Below, piece after piece: positions 10,118 through 20,980 of a DNA stretch of 64,000 bases; positions within the stretch are counted from its first letter, which is position 1; every line of letters starts with the position of its first letter. Made by a program: the position numbers and the translations under genes. The stretch is from IMG/VR virus record IMGVR_UViG_3300023202_000179; one strand, given 5' to 3'. The notes under the pieces were generated by a model, which saw nothing but the letters and a program-made list of their open reading frames with translations, was not told the origin of the DNA and made no database searches. The DNA comes from an uncultured virus (IMG/VR IMGVR_UViG_3300023202_000179). Its lineage: Duplodnaviria; Heunggongvirae; Uroviricota; Caudoviricetes.

Positions 10118-10489
10118 TTATTTGCCTTTTCGTTTGCTCTTGATGTTGGTCAGAGACTTGGAGAGCGCTTGAGTTTCATTCTCTCCGAAGCTGGCCTTTT
10201 TGGGCTCGCTCTCCGCGATGCTCGCCTTCTGGGGCTCTGACCATTGTGCCGATTGTGCCGGTGATTGCTCCCACCCCTGGGTGTCGACCACCTGTTGAGT
10301 GTCGACTGATGTTTCCTCCTGGTTGTCAGGGAAGATCACCTCTGGTTCGACGGGCCCCTCGGGTTCAGGTTCGGGGACGGGAGGTTCAGGCGGTTGATCC
10401 GGCTCAACAACAGGTTTCGGCTTCAAGTAGAGGTAGCCGAGACCAAGCGCTCCAGCTCCGAGGAGGAGGATGACCGTGTTCAACTTCAC
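10118..10489 (-). CDS. TM-anchored Pro/Glu-rich protein
   Basis: GTG start overlapping upstream stop; VILLLGAGALGLGYLYL. Confidence 0.55.
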   Translation of the reverse strand: MKLNTVILLLGAGALGLGYLYLKPKPVVEPDQPPEPPVPEPEPEGPVEPEVIFPDNQEETSVDTQQVVDTQGWEQSPAQSAQWSEPQKASIAESEPKKASFGENETQALSKSLTNIKSKRKGK

Positions 10490-11211
10490 GACAGTTTCCC
10501 CCACAACTGAACAGCTCCAGGCCAGTCCTTGATCCGGACCCGCTGGTACATAAAGGAAGGGTTCACTCCTACTTGCTTGAGACTCTTGACAAAGCGCTCC
10601 CGGGTCTTTCGAGCACGAGGGATGCCGTCTGTGTCGGACTTGAGCACCTTCTCCTCTTGCCAATCAAGACCAACGGTGTTGCCCGCCATGAAGCGGCGGA
10701 TCGTGAGCCAATTGCGTTCTTCGGGAGGCAGTTTTCCAAACCAGTTCCGGGCGACCCTCCGGACAAACGCAGCGAACATCGCAACCTGAGCTTCGGGGTC
10801 CAATACAAGGTACGGGTCAAGGTCGTGGAAACCCTCAGCCGCCAGTGCGCTAGAAGGGAGAAAACCGAACCATCCCCCCGAACCCCAGCACCAGTCTTGC
10901 TCGGGGTATGGGTTGTTCGCAAACAAAGTGTCAGCTTTGCGCCGGTATCCTCGACACGCCGCCGCGGCTTCGCTGTCCGAATCGTTGACTGCGGCAGAGT
11001 TACCCCGGCTCTCCCAGTAGGAGACCCCCAATGAGAACTTGGAGAAGCCTGGGATATACGGGTCGACCTTCTGTGCAATCCTCTGGAGTTCGCCGTAACC
11101 TTGAGGCAAATCCGCTTGGGCGTTCGCCCTTCGAGGCACCAGAACAGCCAGAAGCGCTACTGTCCCAACAGCCGCAGCTCCGTATGTGAGGAGTTCTCGA
11201 CGCATCATCAC
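10486..11211 (-). CDS. Lytic transglycosylase/lysozyme-like muralytic enzyme with N-terminal anchor
   Basis: YWESRGNSAAVN (catalytic ES motif) and GWFGFLP; N-terminal hydrophobic segment. Confidence 0.6.
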   Translation of the reverse strand: MMMRRELLTYGAAAVGTVALLAVLVPRRANAQADLPQGYGELQRIAQKVDPYIPGFSKFSLGVSYWESRGNSAAVNDSDSEAAAACRGYRRKADTLFANNPYPEQDWCWGSGGWFGFLPSSALAAEGFHDLDPYLVLDPEAQVAMFAAFVRRVARNWFGKLPPEERNWLTIRRFMAGNTVGLDWQEEKVLKSDTDGIPRARKTRERFVKSLKQVGVNPSFMYQRVRIKDWPGAVQLWGKLS

Positions 11212-11669
11212 CCTGGCAGTTTCGGGAGCCCGAGGATCTTCATCATCTCGTGCTGCCTGTTCCGACCGTTTCTTTCGGGACTCTCAAGGGCAACATTAGC
11301 CTTCTTTTTAACAATCCACGCGGCAGTTGCCCAAGACAGAACGCTGACAACAGCCCACACACCTGCGATCTTGATGAGGGCCTCCCCCGTCTTTCGGTCG
11401 CCAGCCGACTTATTGTTCAGCTTGGACGCTCCGACGATAGCAACGATTGCAGGTAACAGCACCTTTCACCCTCCGAACTGTGGGAGTTGACTGGTGTCGA
11501 CATACCCGTGGACCATGTAAGGAGAAGTCGGGGCAAAGGTGGTAGAATCCTGAGACCCGCCGGAGGATCCGTCCTGCCTTCGCTTCTTGAGGTACCAGAG
11601 CGTCCCAAAAGTAGCGCCTCCAGCCAAGACAATGAGTAGTATAGTTTTTGTGTCCATGGATCCCTTTCC

Positions 11670-12494
11670 TTACGGTTTCATCTTCCAGCGCAATCGGAAC
11701 TCACGAGCTCCGGTCTCGGAATCAGTCTGTAGCATCGTCTCGTTGCCGATCTTGAACTCCGCAACCCCGTTCGTGAACGGAATCGATCGCATTTGCCTGC
11801 CTTGCGAAGGATCTCCAATGAAGCTCCCCCAACTGCTGACAGTCTCGTCGGTGACGATCTCGCAACTGACAGCTCGCTCAGGGATCAAGATGTTCTCGGC
11901 CGTCTCCGATGAAACGCTGAGAATTTGTGTGTAGATCGTACTCTCTTGCGTCAATGGAGAGTCGACCATTTGAATGTCGACACCAACGAAAGCATCGAAA
12001 TACGTGACCGTCACGTCGGGACCAGCGACCCCAGGGAAGCTCACCGTTTCCCCGTTCGGGACCAAGGCGAAAGACCCCGGAGCGAGAAGATTCACGTTTA
12101 CACAACTCGCGTAAACCTCAACACTCTGATTCGCGTCGAGTCGAAACCCGTAGCTCACACCCCTCGAAACGCTGACAGACAGTTCAAGAGGGAGTTGTCC
12201 CTGATAGTCGATATCGTCGCGGGTTCGGTCTGCCAGTCGATCAGATAGCTCTTTGCGGTCGAGAGACTCCTGGATGTTGTTGATACTGAAATCTCGAATC
12301 ACTCCACGTTGACGGCTCTGCACCCGCCACAGTCTCGGCTCGCTGCAACGGTGACCCTGCCACGTGTAGGCTTTAGTGTTGAGGGTCGAATATGTGTCGA
12401 CGCCAGCGAAAGAAGAGCTGATCAAAGCGAAGATCTGTTGCTTCGAGAAGTTTGGGTCGCCAGAACCTCGGGGGTAATTTTCGTCGACGCTCAT
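11670..12494 (-). CDS. Beta-rich virion protein
   Basis: 274 aa, beta-strand pattern, in operon. Confidence 0.5.
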   Translation of the reverse strand: MSVDENYPRGSGDPNFSKQQIFALISSSFAGVDTYSTLNTKAYTWQGHRCSEPRLWRVQSRQRGVIRDFSINNIQESLDRKELSDRLADRTRDDIDYQGQLPLELSVSVSRGVSYGFRLDANQSVEVYASCVNVNLLAPGSFALVPNGETVSFPGVAGPDVTVTYFDAFVGVDIQMVDSPLTQESTIYTQILSVSSETAENILIPERAVSCEIVTDETVSSWGSFIGDPSQGRQMRSIPFTNGVAEFKIGNETMLQTDSETGAREFRLRWKMKP

Positions 12495-12796
12495 GTCATC
12501 CTTTTCTTCACGAAGTTCAACACCGTGATCACAGCGCTTTTAGATAGTCCGCCGACCATCGGCCCGTACATCTCAGTTGCAACGCCCTCAACCATACGGA
12601 CCGCTTCGTGGTTCTCGTCCACACCCATCGCGATTTTCTGTATAGGCTCTGGCTCTCCAAGTTCGTCGTCTTCGACGATCGCGTTGAGGTCTCCCCAAGA
12701 GCTCTCTTTGTCGAGTTCGTAAGCGACATCCCCCGCACCCAAAATCTGGATCTTCCCGTCCGGCAGTCGACCGACTGCTACTAGGCGATATTTCAT
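12491..12796 (-). CDS. Hypothetical protein
   Basis: ATGA overlaps on both sides. Confidence 0.55.
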   Translation of the reverse strand: MKYRLVAVGRLPDGKIQILGAGDVAYELDKESSWGDLNAIVEDDELGEPEPIQKIAMGVDENHEAVRMVEGVATEMYGPMVGGLSKSAVITVLNFVKKRMT

Positions 12797-13341
12797 GATC
12801 GTGTCAGCAACGGCTCGGATTCGGCGTTGCGCTTCGTGTCTTCGAGCTCAAGCCAGTCCTTGAACTCGCGTCGGAGTCCGAGAACTGCATCCGTGTTCCT
12901 CGACAGGCACGACGGGAAGAAATCCCGAAGCACCTTGTCAATGATCTTCCCCGTGGACATCCCCTGGTCCTTGTACACCAGTGCCCGCTCATGTGCGCCG
13001 TACCACCAATCGTCGCCCACGGCGATCGCCTTGCAGCCGGCTGCCATAGACACCCCGTTGGGGGATGGCGGAGGCATCAAGCGGTCGAGGTACTGCTCCG
13101 CCTCAGGCGGGTAGAAATCGATCGAGTACCTCTTTGTGGCTTCATCCCACTCCTCTGCATACGAAGGGGGCAGCTTCTCGGGGTCGGGAGCGAAGGTACT
13201 CTCCTTCTTGGTAGGGATCGGAGGGCGAGGAGCGTCGTCGGGAGGGGAGTCGACCGGGGCGTCCCGATACCACTCGTCGAACCTTCCGAACGCGTACGCG
13301 CCGATGCCCACCGCTCCAACGATCCACAGCCACTTGCTCAT
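12793..13341 (-). CDS. TM-anchored hypothetical protein
   Basis: MSKWLWIVGAVGIGAYAFG. Confidence 0.55.
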   Translation of the reverse strand: MSKWLWIVGAVGIGAYAFGRFDEWYRDAPVDSPPDDAPRPPIPTKKESTFAPDPEKLPPSYAEEWDEATKRYSIDFYPPEAEQYLDRLMPPPSPNGVSMAAGCKAIAVGDDWWYGAHERALVYKDQGMSTGKIIDKVLRDFFPSCLSRNTDAVLGLRREFKDWLELEDTKRNAESEPLLTRS

Positions 13342-13827
13342 TATCGCCTCCACCAATTTCCAGGTCTTCGGAATCTGCCAGCACTTCGCGAGGAGGTCGA
13401 CGGGGTTGCCAGCGGTATCGAGTCGAACCACTTGCACTCACCGTCGTGGCAGATCTCCAAAGGTCCGCAGTCCTTGTCCGATTCGCAACCCTTGAGCTTT
13501 TGGAGCGGGCTCTTGTAGAAAGTTCGAGACCGCGCAGGTCTACGGGCCCTTGCGCTTCGCTTGCGTCGGAATAGATCGAAAAAGCTCATGGGGGTTCTCC
13601 GTAAAGTTTACCTGATTCTCCGCAGTAGTCCCCCGCCATGTTGACGGAGTCGGTGGTTGTCTCACCTTGGGCCAGGAGAAGGTCATGCGCAGCGCGTCTG
13701 CACTTTTGCATGCCCTCCTTCAGGTCATCCTTGATCTGGGTTTTAGACCAGAACTGGTAAGCAACAACAAGCGCTGCCCCTCCTGCGAGGATGTAACCAA
13801 GTTGGGTCTTCTGCTTGGCAGTTATCT

Positions 13828-14457
13828 TCATAGCCTCAACGATCGTCCAGCTGGGCGGAAGAGGGAAGGATCGTCAAGACTGTAGAGGAGAAGTTGCATC
13901 GCGTTGAGCGTGCACGGGCCGACTACGCCGTCCATCGCCAACCCGCCCATGCTGGGGATCCCTAGAGTCCCTGCGGCAGACACGAGGTTGTAGTCCTCCT
14001 GAAAGCGTTTGACAGTCCCCGACTTCTTGAAAGTACCGTTCGTTTTCGTCGCGCCATTGAAGTCATACCCGAGCTGAGAGAAAACATCAATAACCCGTTG
14101 ACGGTTCTGCTCAGGCGTTCCGGCGTCCCAAAAACTAGTATCGTACTCCTTTTTGGAGCAGTTGAACGCGCTCCCAGGGTTCCCCGAAGGACGTGAGATT
14201 CTCTTTTGGTCCTTCTCCCCCGGCTCCGGCGGCGTGGTCACACTCGGAGGAGGGGGAGGGTCTGCTGGATCCTCCGGTGCATCATCGTCTCCGGGAGGGA
14301 GTTCAGGGGAAGGGTCTGCTGGATCCTCCGGTTTAGTTCCCTTGTCACTTGCGTTCGCGTCGCCCGAGAGAAGGAAGAAGGCCCCAGCCCCGACCGCTAC
14401 CGCAGTCCCGACGCCGAGAAGAGTTTTGGTGCTCTTGCTCATCTTTTTGTTTGCCAT
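13828..14457 (-). CDS. Membrane-anchored peptidoglycan-binding protein
   Basis: TM, Pro-rich linker, C-terminal PG_binding_1-like VKRFQ...GLAMDGVVGPCT. Confidence 0.7.
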   Translation of the reverse strand: MANKKMSKSTKTLLGVGTAVAVGAGAFFLLSGDANASDKGTKPEDPADPSPELPPGDDDAPEDPADPPPPPSVTTPPEPGEKDQKRISRPSGNPGSAFNCSKKEYDTSFWDAGTPEQNRQRVIDVFSQLGYDFNGATKTNGTFKKSGTVKRFQEDYNLVSAAGTLGIPSMGGLAMDGVVGPCTLNAMQLLLYSLDDPSLFRPAGRSLRL

Positions 14458-14465
14458 GTTCAGTC

Positions 14466-15227
14466 TCACTTCAGTAGTCGGTAAAGAGCAACGGTGCCGA
14501 CACCTGCACCGAGTCCGTATGCTGCCCATTTCCAGTGTTTGAAAGGCCCGTCTTCAGGTCCTCTAGGGCGAGGTTTGTCGCTTGCGACTTCAACCGCTTT
14601 GTTCGCGCCCCACTGCCCGATGTCTTTGACAGTGTCGTGGTCGACAATCGCCAGTGCCGGGACGTTGATAGAAACCGCCATCTCTGCCGCCGCCCGAGCG
14701 GTGTCCTCGAAGTAGGTCTCCCAGTCGTCAACAGAGATAGACATGATCTCGTCGATAGAGTTCAGGATCATGACCGGGGTCGAAATGTCCGGCAGTTTGG
14801 TGTCGCAGTCCCCGGGAAGTCCCGCATCCGGTCCGCCGCACAAAGGGCTCCCGCCGGGCATGCGCGCTGTCTTTCCGAAATAGCCGTAGAACAGCGGGCG
14901 CTCCACTGGGAGGGCGAGCTCAGGAGCGTCAAGACCGTGCTCCATGTGCCCGAGCAGGTACTCCTCGTACTGCATCAAGCGCTCCCCGTACCTGTCCAAC
15001 TCGATCCGAATCGCGTTGAGCTGCTCCTCTTCCGAAGCCGTCACTATGGCATCCTGCGCCAGATTGTAGAACTTCTCGATCTCTCCGGTCTTTGCCTGCA
15101 AGAAGATAAGGAAAGCGAACGCCTCGCCAACTCGAAGACCGCCCTGGTTGTCGAGCTTGTTGACGTTCGAAGGAAGTTCGAGAAGCTCTCGGAACCCTTG
15201 CACGTATTTGGTGGTACTGAGTTTCAT
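14466..15227 (-). CDS. Hypothetical protein with C-terminal TM anchor
   Basis: Ends WAAYGLGAGVGTVALYRLLK. Confidence 0.55.
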   Translation of the reverse strand: MKLSTTKYVQGFRELLELPSNVNKLDNQGGLRVGEAFAFLIFLQAKTGEIEKFYNLAQDAIVTASEEEQLNAIRIELDRYGERLMQYEEYLLGHMEHGLDAPELALPVERPLFYGYFGKTARMPGGSPLCGGPDAGLPGDCDTKLPDISTPVMILNSIDEIMSISVDDWETYFEDTARAAAEMAVSINVPALAIVDHDTVKDIGQWGANKAVEVASDKPRPRGPEDGPFKHWKWAAYGLGAGVGTVALYRLLK

Positions 15228-16042
15228 CCCCTGGCCTGCATGTTCACGAAATCCTCAAACCGCATCATTCTCCCTCGATAAATCACCATCTTCGGGATCT
15301 GTCCCCGTCGGTTTGGATACTGGGCCCACAACGCTTCAAGAAGGAGATCGCGGTACGTCTCTTCATTGGGGGTGTCGATGAACATTGACGAGATATCGTC
15401 AGGAACATACCAAGAGCGGCTGACGTCCCGATTGCAAGCCACCCTTCCCAGCAGCATCCCAGCAGCCAAAATGCCGAACCCCTTTGTGATTCTGTAAAGG
15501 GTCATTTCGAACGGAGTCGGATCATCGCCTTTGCTCATGATTCACTCGCTTCCAATTCTTCGACTCGCTTCTCCGCCTCTTCCAGTTTGCGCGACATCTC
15601 CCGCTGCTTGATCGTGGGGTTCTCTTTCAGCCCGTTGATCACGCTGTGGACCTTGACCGCTTCGTCGAACGTGGTCGCCTCGTGCTTACAGGCACGGAAT
15701 AGCATCTCGCAGAGGAAGGACTCCAACGCGGCAGTCGCCGCGATATTCCCGAAACTCGCATCCCCCGTAACGCTCAACGTCCCCGACAACGTCAACGATG
15801 TCAACGAAGCATCGTCCCCGTCCACAAGTGGATTGATTCCTCGCATGAACATCAGGCCCGCCCCTCCCTGTTATCCGCAATGAACCCCGCCACGAACAGG
15901 GCCGGCGAGAGCACGAACGCTGTGGTCGCCCAGAACGCGTGCTTCTTCGCTTTCTTTCCCGTCGCCTTCTGGGATCGATACACATCTAGCAAGCCTGCTG
16001 AAGCAACCGCCAAAGACGTGATCCGAAATTCTTTCCCGCTAA

Positions 16043-16621
16043 TCATTCCAACACCTCGAATAGGTCGGGCGGAGGGTCGATAGCGCTGCTACCGTCCTCC
16101 CACTCGTAGCCTGCGCAAGAAAACTCGTCGTCCACCGGAGGGAGCCACAACAACCCATAAGAGGATCCCTCCGAGATTGGTTTGCCGCTCGTCGGGTCCA
16201 CCGCTGTCTTGGGCATGCGTCCGCGCAACATCAGGTCCAACGCGTCCTCATTGCGAGGTAAAAAAGCCACCCGCACCCCCAGCCGCACCCCCGGAACCAA
16301 GTAGGCGTTGGGGTACTGCTTCGAGGGTGATGTGGTGGCGTACAGTGGCATGTTCCATCGCGGTCCTGAAGAGATGCACCGGAGATACTCGACTCCATCC
16401 TGTGCCTGGGCTTCAGGTCCCAGAGCCTCAAGCGCTACCGCTAGCGGGGCGTCTTCAGGCTGTATCTGGTAAAAACGCCCGGGGGTCGGGAAATCGGAGA
16501 CCAGCTCTTCGAGAAGAGTAGAAACCTTATCCTTGACCGCACCGGGCGCTTTCGGTTTCGACCTACGAGCTGCGCCAACAACGAGCGCGGTGCTGCAGAC
16601 CAAGGCAAGAGCGACGAGCAC
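16043..16621 (-). CDS. TM-anchored protein with possible LysM-like segment
   Basis: N-terminal TM; FYQIQPED resembles the LysM start Y.V..GD. Confidence 0.4.
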   Translation of the reverse strand: MLVALALVCSTALVVGAARRSKPKAPGAVKDKVSTLLEELVSDFPTPGRFYQIQPEDAPLAVALEALGPEAQAQDGVEYLRCISSGPRWNMPLYATTSPSKQYPNAYLVPGVRLGVRVAFLPRNEDALDLMLRGRMPKTAVDPTSGKPISEGSSYGLLWLPPVDDEFSCAGYEWEDGSSAIDPPPDLFEVLE

Positions 16622-17053
16622 TCACGCCGTTCCCAGGCAACCGCAGGAGTCGCCTTCACAGTTCCTCTGCGGCGCATACTTGTCCATGTTCTCGACCTCA
16701 CCCTCTTCCCGGATGACCTCACAGCACAGGTTGCCAGCGTCGTCGACATTGACATCAACGTACGCCCCCGTATCCCCTTCACGCCGCCGTTGGGCGCACT
16801 GGAAACACGCGAGCTCGAAAGCGTTGCCCATCTTTGACTTCGTCAGAGCCCGAGGACCCTGAACCGTCCCGACAGACACCCGAGGCACCGCACGTTGCGT
16901 CACGAGCTTGAAGTCCCCGCAACCGCAGCAGCAAGGATAGGCGTCCGGATCGTCATCAATGATGGTCCGGTTCGCCTCGACAACCCCCTCGGCCAGCGCG
17001 TCTAGGACGTGCTTAGACTGTTCGGGGGTCATTGCCCGCTCAACGTAGTGCAT
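16622..17053 (-). CDS. Cys-rich hypothetical protein
   Basis: CCCGC, CxxC, CC motifs. Confidence 0.5.
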   Translation of the reverse strand: MHYVERAMTPEQSKHVLDALAEGVVEANRTIIDDDPDAYPCCCGCGDFKLVTQRAVPRVSVGTVQGPRALTKSKMGNAFELACFQCAQRRREGDTGAYVDVNVDDAGNLCCEVIREEGEVENMDKYAPQRNCEGDSCGCLGTA

Positions 17054-17391
17054 CAGCCCGTGACCAGGACAAACAGCTCGACCGCCACCATAGCCGGGTC
17101 GACGACACTAGGAGTGGCAAGATCGCTGAGCTCAAGAGTGAGCAGCGTGGCCGTCTGCGCAAGAGGTGCAACAGCCAACGGGGCCGAAGCGTTAGCAACG
17201 TTAGCTACCGCAACATAATCCGCGTCCGCACGTCCCGCCAGCGTGAGAGAGACCTGACCGGTCGTGCCAGAGCCGACGATCGCCGCAGCGGTGATCCCCG
17301 AAGAACTCTTGACCAGCGTGATTCCCCCCGTGCCGTCGGTCGTGACTTTCGCGAACTCGACAAACGAAGGGTTGATTCCTTTTGTGAACAT
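17053..17391 (-). CDS. Small beta-rich virion protein
   Basis: AAGGA RBS; Ala/Thr/Val-rich. Confidence 0.55.
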   Translation of the reverse strand: MFTKGINPSFVEFAKVTTDGTGGITLVKSSSGITAAAIVGSGTTGQVSLTLAGRADADYVAVANVANASAPLAVAPLAQTATLLTLELSDLATPSVVDPAMVAVELFVLVTG

Positions 17392-17410
17392 TCAAAATCC
17401 TTTTTGAGAA

Positions 17411-17454
17411 AGAAGAGCCCAAGAGAAGGGGAGCGCTCTTAGGCGCTCCCCCTC
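17411..17454 (-). terminator. Intrinsic terminator after candidate capsid gene
   Basis: GGGGAGCGC stem with inverted partner and pyrimidine tail on minus strand. Confidence 0.6.
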
Positions 17455-17462
17455 GAACTTGA

Positions 17463-17969
17463 TCAACCAGCCGGGTTGGCGCAGCGTCGACCCACCGACA
17501 TCCCCGCGGGAAGGGCAGAAGCCTGTCGCCCCGAAACGGTGATGTAGGTGTCCGTTTCAACCGGAGAGACGTTAGTGATTCGAGCAACCAGGTCGTTGTC
17601 CAGGGCTGCCTTTCCGAACCAGCCCCAGCACACGGGGGTGCCAAGACACGAATCGCCGTCGCCCGCCTGAAACTCGTCCGGAGCGACTCGACCGCCGGAC
17701 GCCACACCGTCGGTTTCGTTGTAGCTCTCAAGGTCACAAGCGTTCACCCGGATGCTCTTAATGAGCACACGTCCATTGAGAGTCCGATCAGCGGACTGGG
17801 CCACAGTGATGATCGCGGCTTCCGCCTTCATGAACTGAGCGAACTCGGGCTCGATTGAGACGTCTTCTGACGAGCCGGCCGTCAGGCCATCAGAGAAGCC
17901 AATAGCGCTGTCGTAGTAGCAGGACCCGTCCGTCGGGGCGGGCTTGGATTGATTTCGTGCGTAACGCAT
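17463..17969 (-). CDS. Candidate major capsid protein (single jelly-roll-like)
   Basis: 168 aa all-beta pattern, strong AAAGGAG RBS, followed by a terminator, near the head of the structural operon; fold is inference. Confidence 0.4.
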   Translation of the reverse strand: MRYARNQSKPAPTDGSCYYDSAIGFSDGLTAGSSEDVSIEPEFAQFMKAEAAIITVAQSADRTLNGRVLIKSIRVNACDLESYNETDGVASGGRVAPDEFQAGDGDSCLGTPVCWGWFGKAALDNDLVARITNVSPVETDTYITVSGRQASALPAGMSVGRRCANPAG

Positions 17970-18126
17970 AATAAAATGCTCCTTTCGTGTTGGGAGCGTT
18001 TGTCTTCCGGGCGCGACCCCGGGGTGCCTCACTACCACGGCTCAGGCGGTTCACCCCCACGCGGGGTTACTGGCTTGAGCTCTCCTCGGAGGCTCGAACA
18101 GTAGGTTAGATAAATTGGGGTGAGGT

Positions 18127-18525
18127 TTACTTGGCGGCGTAGTCGTGTACGAACTTGTACAACGCGCCCGCCGCGATATGGGTACCAGCGCTCGCAACCG
18201 AAGCCTTGAGGTTTGGCGCCTGTTTGGGGTTCTTCTTGATCAGCAGGGAACTGCCGGCGACACCGAGCCCGACCAGCGCCATAACGGGGAAGCCCGCGGC
18301 GCCGATGGAGAGAGGGTCGGCTCGTCCGTTTTCTCGCGCCCACTTGCTGGCCGAGCCAGAAGCGAAAGCAGCGAGGGCAGCTCCGCCAAGACCGGAAACC
18401 CCTTTGGCAACCCCTTCTCGGGTCTGCCTCTCCGCTTCGGTGGCATTCCGGAAACGCTTCTTGAGATTCAACGCGATCTTCTTGTAATCGCTGGGCCTAG
18501 GGGAGTACTTCGCCATTGCAGACAT
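18127..18525 (-). CDS. Multi-TM virion membrane protein
   Basis: Basic N-terminus and 2-3 Gly/Ala-rich hydrophobic helices. Confidence 0.55.
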   Translation of the reverse strand: MSAMAKYSPRPSDYKKIALNLKKRFRNATEAERQTREGVAKGVSGLGGAALAAFASGSASKWARENGRADPLSIGAAGFPVMALVGLGVAGSSLLIKKNPKQAPNLKASVASAGTHIAAGALYKFVHDYAAK

Positions 18526-18749
18526 GTGATTCTTCTCGTTTCCGCGCAGTACGCGGGGTGTGTGGGAGACTGGTGCGCACTGCGCGCGAACCAGATCTAT
18601 CAACTACTCGTCTAGTTTCCCACATGTCTGAAGGCGCGCAACAACAAACAGATTCTGTCAAATATAAGAAAGTTCAATAAAATCAATAACTTAGCGTTAG
18701 TTGTGCATTCTAGAAAGCGCTTTTTGGCTCTTGCGCTATGCTAGTAGGG

Positions 18750-19904
18750 ATGAAGATTGACTATCCCGAGCTGATCGAGCATGACAATCGAATCCCTGTG
18801 AACGACCGATGGGTGGAGGAACTCCAGCGGCATTACTCGGATGCGGTCAGTATTCTGGTGCAACACCACAAAGATCCGAGCGATAAGGCGAAGGGCTTTG
18901 AGAAAATCCAGCGCATTCAACTCACGCGCAGGACACAAAAAGGTGCACCTCCGCGAGAAGATTACGATGAAGTCGTCGATGCGATCGCCCGATCGTGTTG
19001 GGCTTGGCTCGCGCAACGCTCCGAAGCAGGAGAAGTCGCGGACGATGAACCCGTAGGTTTCAGTCTACAGGTCCGGCAGATCGTCGGGAAGGCAGACCAG
19101 CGCCATCGCGTGTACTTCACCGTATCGTTCGACGGCTCTGCGGATGATCCTTACGACGATCCTCAGGTCCAAGCGTTGGGTGAGCTCGAACGTCGGCAGA
19201 TGTGGCTCATCGATTCGCTACAGTCGCGGCTCGACCGGCAGAACGAGCACCTTACTGAGATGCAACAAAAGTTCCTAGACGTCGCTACCATCAACTCACA
19301 ACCGATGGAATCGATCGCTCGCATGATGGACATGTCCGGCCGGATGATGGGATCCGGCATGAGCCAACTGCTATCGGGGCTTAAACTGCAATACGACGAG
19401 AAAAAAGCGGACGCCGAACAACGTGAATCGACTCGGCGCACGCAAGCGGTTGTAGATGGGATCAAAGAGAACCTAGGCCCGCTGCTTCCGATGGTCATGA
19501 GTATCGTTGCGCAAAAGATGGGGATGAATCCGAACATGACAGCGACGGATCTACCCACCGAGCCTGTAACCGCCGACAGTGGCAGCGTTGACAGCGAGGG
19601 CGAAGTAGACGTCGATGCGGTCTATCGATCGGTGCTCGAACAATTCGAGTCAAGTCTAACCGACGAGCAACGGAGCACGATCGAACAGTCTCTCGCGAAA
19701 ACGGAGGTCGAACGGTTCAACGCGATCTTGCACGCTAGCAGCGCGCTCGAAACGTTCCAAGCCATGGATGAATTTATCCAGGCGTCCGATTTCTCTGTTC
19801 TAAGTGAACTACAGTCCGCGCTGGACGAAACACAGATGGCGACCATCATGCAGATCTACGGCGCCTACGCGCAATGGTATAGCGCCGGTAAGCCGTCGGA
19901 GTAA
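18750..19904 (+). CDS. Hypothetical helical protein, divergent from structural operon
   Basis: Long ORF; TATGCT -10-like box 7 nt before ATG. Confidence 0.65.
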   Translation: MKIDYPELIEHDNRIPVNDRWVEELQRHYSDAVSILVQHHKDPSDKAKGFEKIQRIQLTRRTQKGAPPREDYDEVVDAIARSCWAWLAQRSEAGEVADDEPVGFSLQVRQIVGKADQRHRVYFTVSFDGSADDPYDDPQVQALGELERRQMWLIDSLQSRLDRQNEHLTEMQQKFLDVATINSQPMESIARMMDMSGRMMGSGMSQLLSGLKLQYDEKKADAEQRESTRRTQAVVDGIKENLGPLLPMVMSIVAQKMGMNPNMTATDLPTEPVTADSGSVDSEGEVDVDAVYRSVLEQFESSLTDEQRSTIEQSLAKTEVERFNAILHASSALETFQAMDEFIQASDFSVLSELQSALDETQMATIMQIYGAYAQWYSAGKPSE

Positions 19905-19912
19905 CCACAAAA

Positions 19913-19940
19913 CAAAGCCTCGACAGGGTGCGAGGCTTTG
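19913..19940. terminator. Hairpin terminator
   Basis: CAAAGCCTCG-8nt-CGAGGCTTTG. Confidence 0.65.
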
Positions 19941-20449
19941 CGTAGGGAAGGACCGGACCGGTCCTAGTCGATCTCTCAAGACCCTTCGGTGCAGTCGTCT
20001 TCGTCCCATCCAACCGCCGCCAGCGCGGTCTTAAGCAGTCCGTTCGTGTACTCCAAATCCTCGCCCGCTTTGTCGAACAGACGCGCGACTCGATTGACAA
20101 ATTTGCGAAACCTGCCAGGCGTGATCGTTTCAGGATCGGGAACCCGGACGGTACCTAGATCTGAGATATATAGTGTTTTGGGTGTTTTCGTGTCAGAAGT
20201 GAATGTTCCGGACCACCGACTCGTTTATTCCAACATGACAATTCGATCCGCAACCCGAAAGATCGCGAAAACGCGCACTGATGTGGGATACGCGACGCGC
20301 GGGTCCCGACGCGATGCGCGCCGCGCAGCTGCGCGGATGGTGCGACGATCGGCGCGCGCGTTTATCGCGGAGTTCGCCGGATGATTTTCTCGTCGCGGGG
20401 AGAATACTCCCCCGCGACCCGCGTCAAAGTAAGCAGGAGCCCAACGAAC

Positions 20450-20674
20450 ATGACCCTGCACATTGACCCACAAAGCCACCACATCCTAATCACGCGCAAA
20501 ATCACGCCGATCGCGTCGCATCCCGATCTCCGGTTCGGCGGAGGCGCCACAGTGCAAGTGTGGCGTGATGGTAGGACGTATTACGTCGCGCGAGTGTGCG
20601 GACACGTATGCCAGGGTGTCAACGTCGCGAAATCGCGCGACGAGGCTGACCGTCTGGTCCGGTCCCTCCTCTAA
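20450..20674 (+). CDS. Small hypothetical protein (cassette 1)
   Basis: ATG directly after cassette RBS. Confidence 0.6.
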   Translation: MTLHIDPQSHHILITRKITPIASHPDLRFGGGATVQVWRDGRTYYVARVCGHVCQGVNVAKSRDEADRLVRSLL

Positions 20675-20740
20675 ATTTTCTCGCCGCGGGGAGAATACTC
20701 CCCGCGGCCCCCCGTCAAAGTAGACAGGAGCCAAACGAAC

Positions 20741-20980
20741 ATGAACCGAAACACGGACAGCAAGAGCCTGCGAGACCTACACCGACAAGCCCGAGAGACG
20801 AGGGACGTCGCCCTCCAACATGCCGCGGGAGTCGCGCTCGGCGAGGAGGATCTAGTCACGACCGCGGCCGAGTATGAGGCGCGGTATGGCGGCGGCGGAC
20901 TTGACGCGACCGCGCGGGCAGAAATCCTCGCGGTGCAGTCCGTGGACGATGCCATCCGCATGTGTGCTGCGCACATGTAG
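20741..20980 (+). CDS. Small hypothetical protein (cassette 2)
   Basis: ATG directly after cassette RBS. Confidence 0.6.
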   Translation: MNRNTDSKSLRDLHRQARETRDVALQHAAGVALGEEDLVTTAAEYEARYGGGGLDATARAEILAVQSVDDAIRMCAAHM

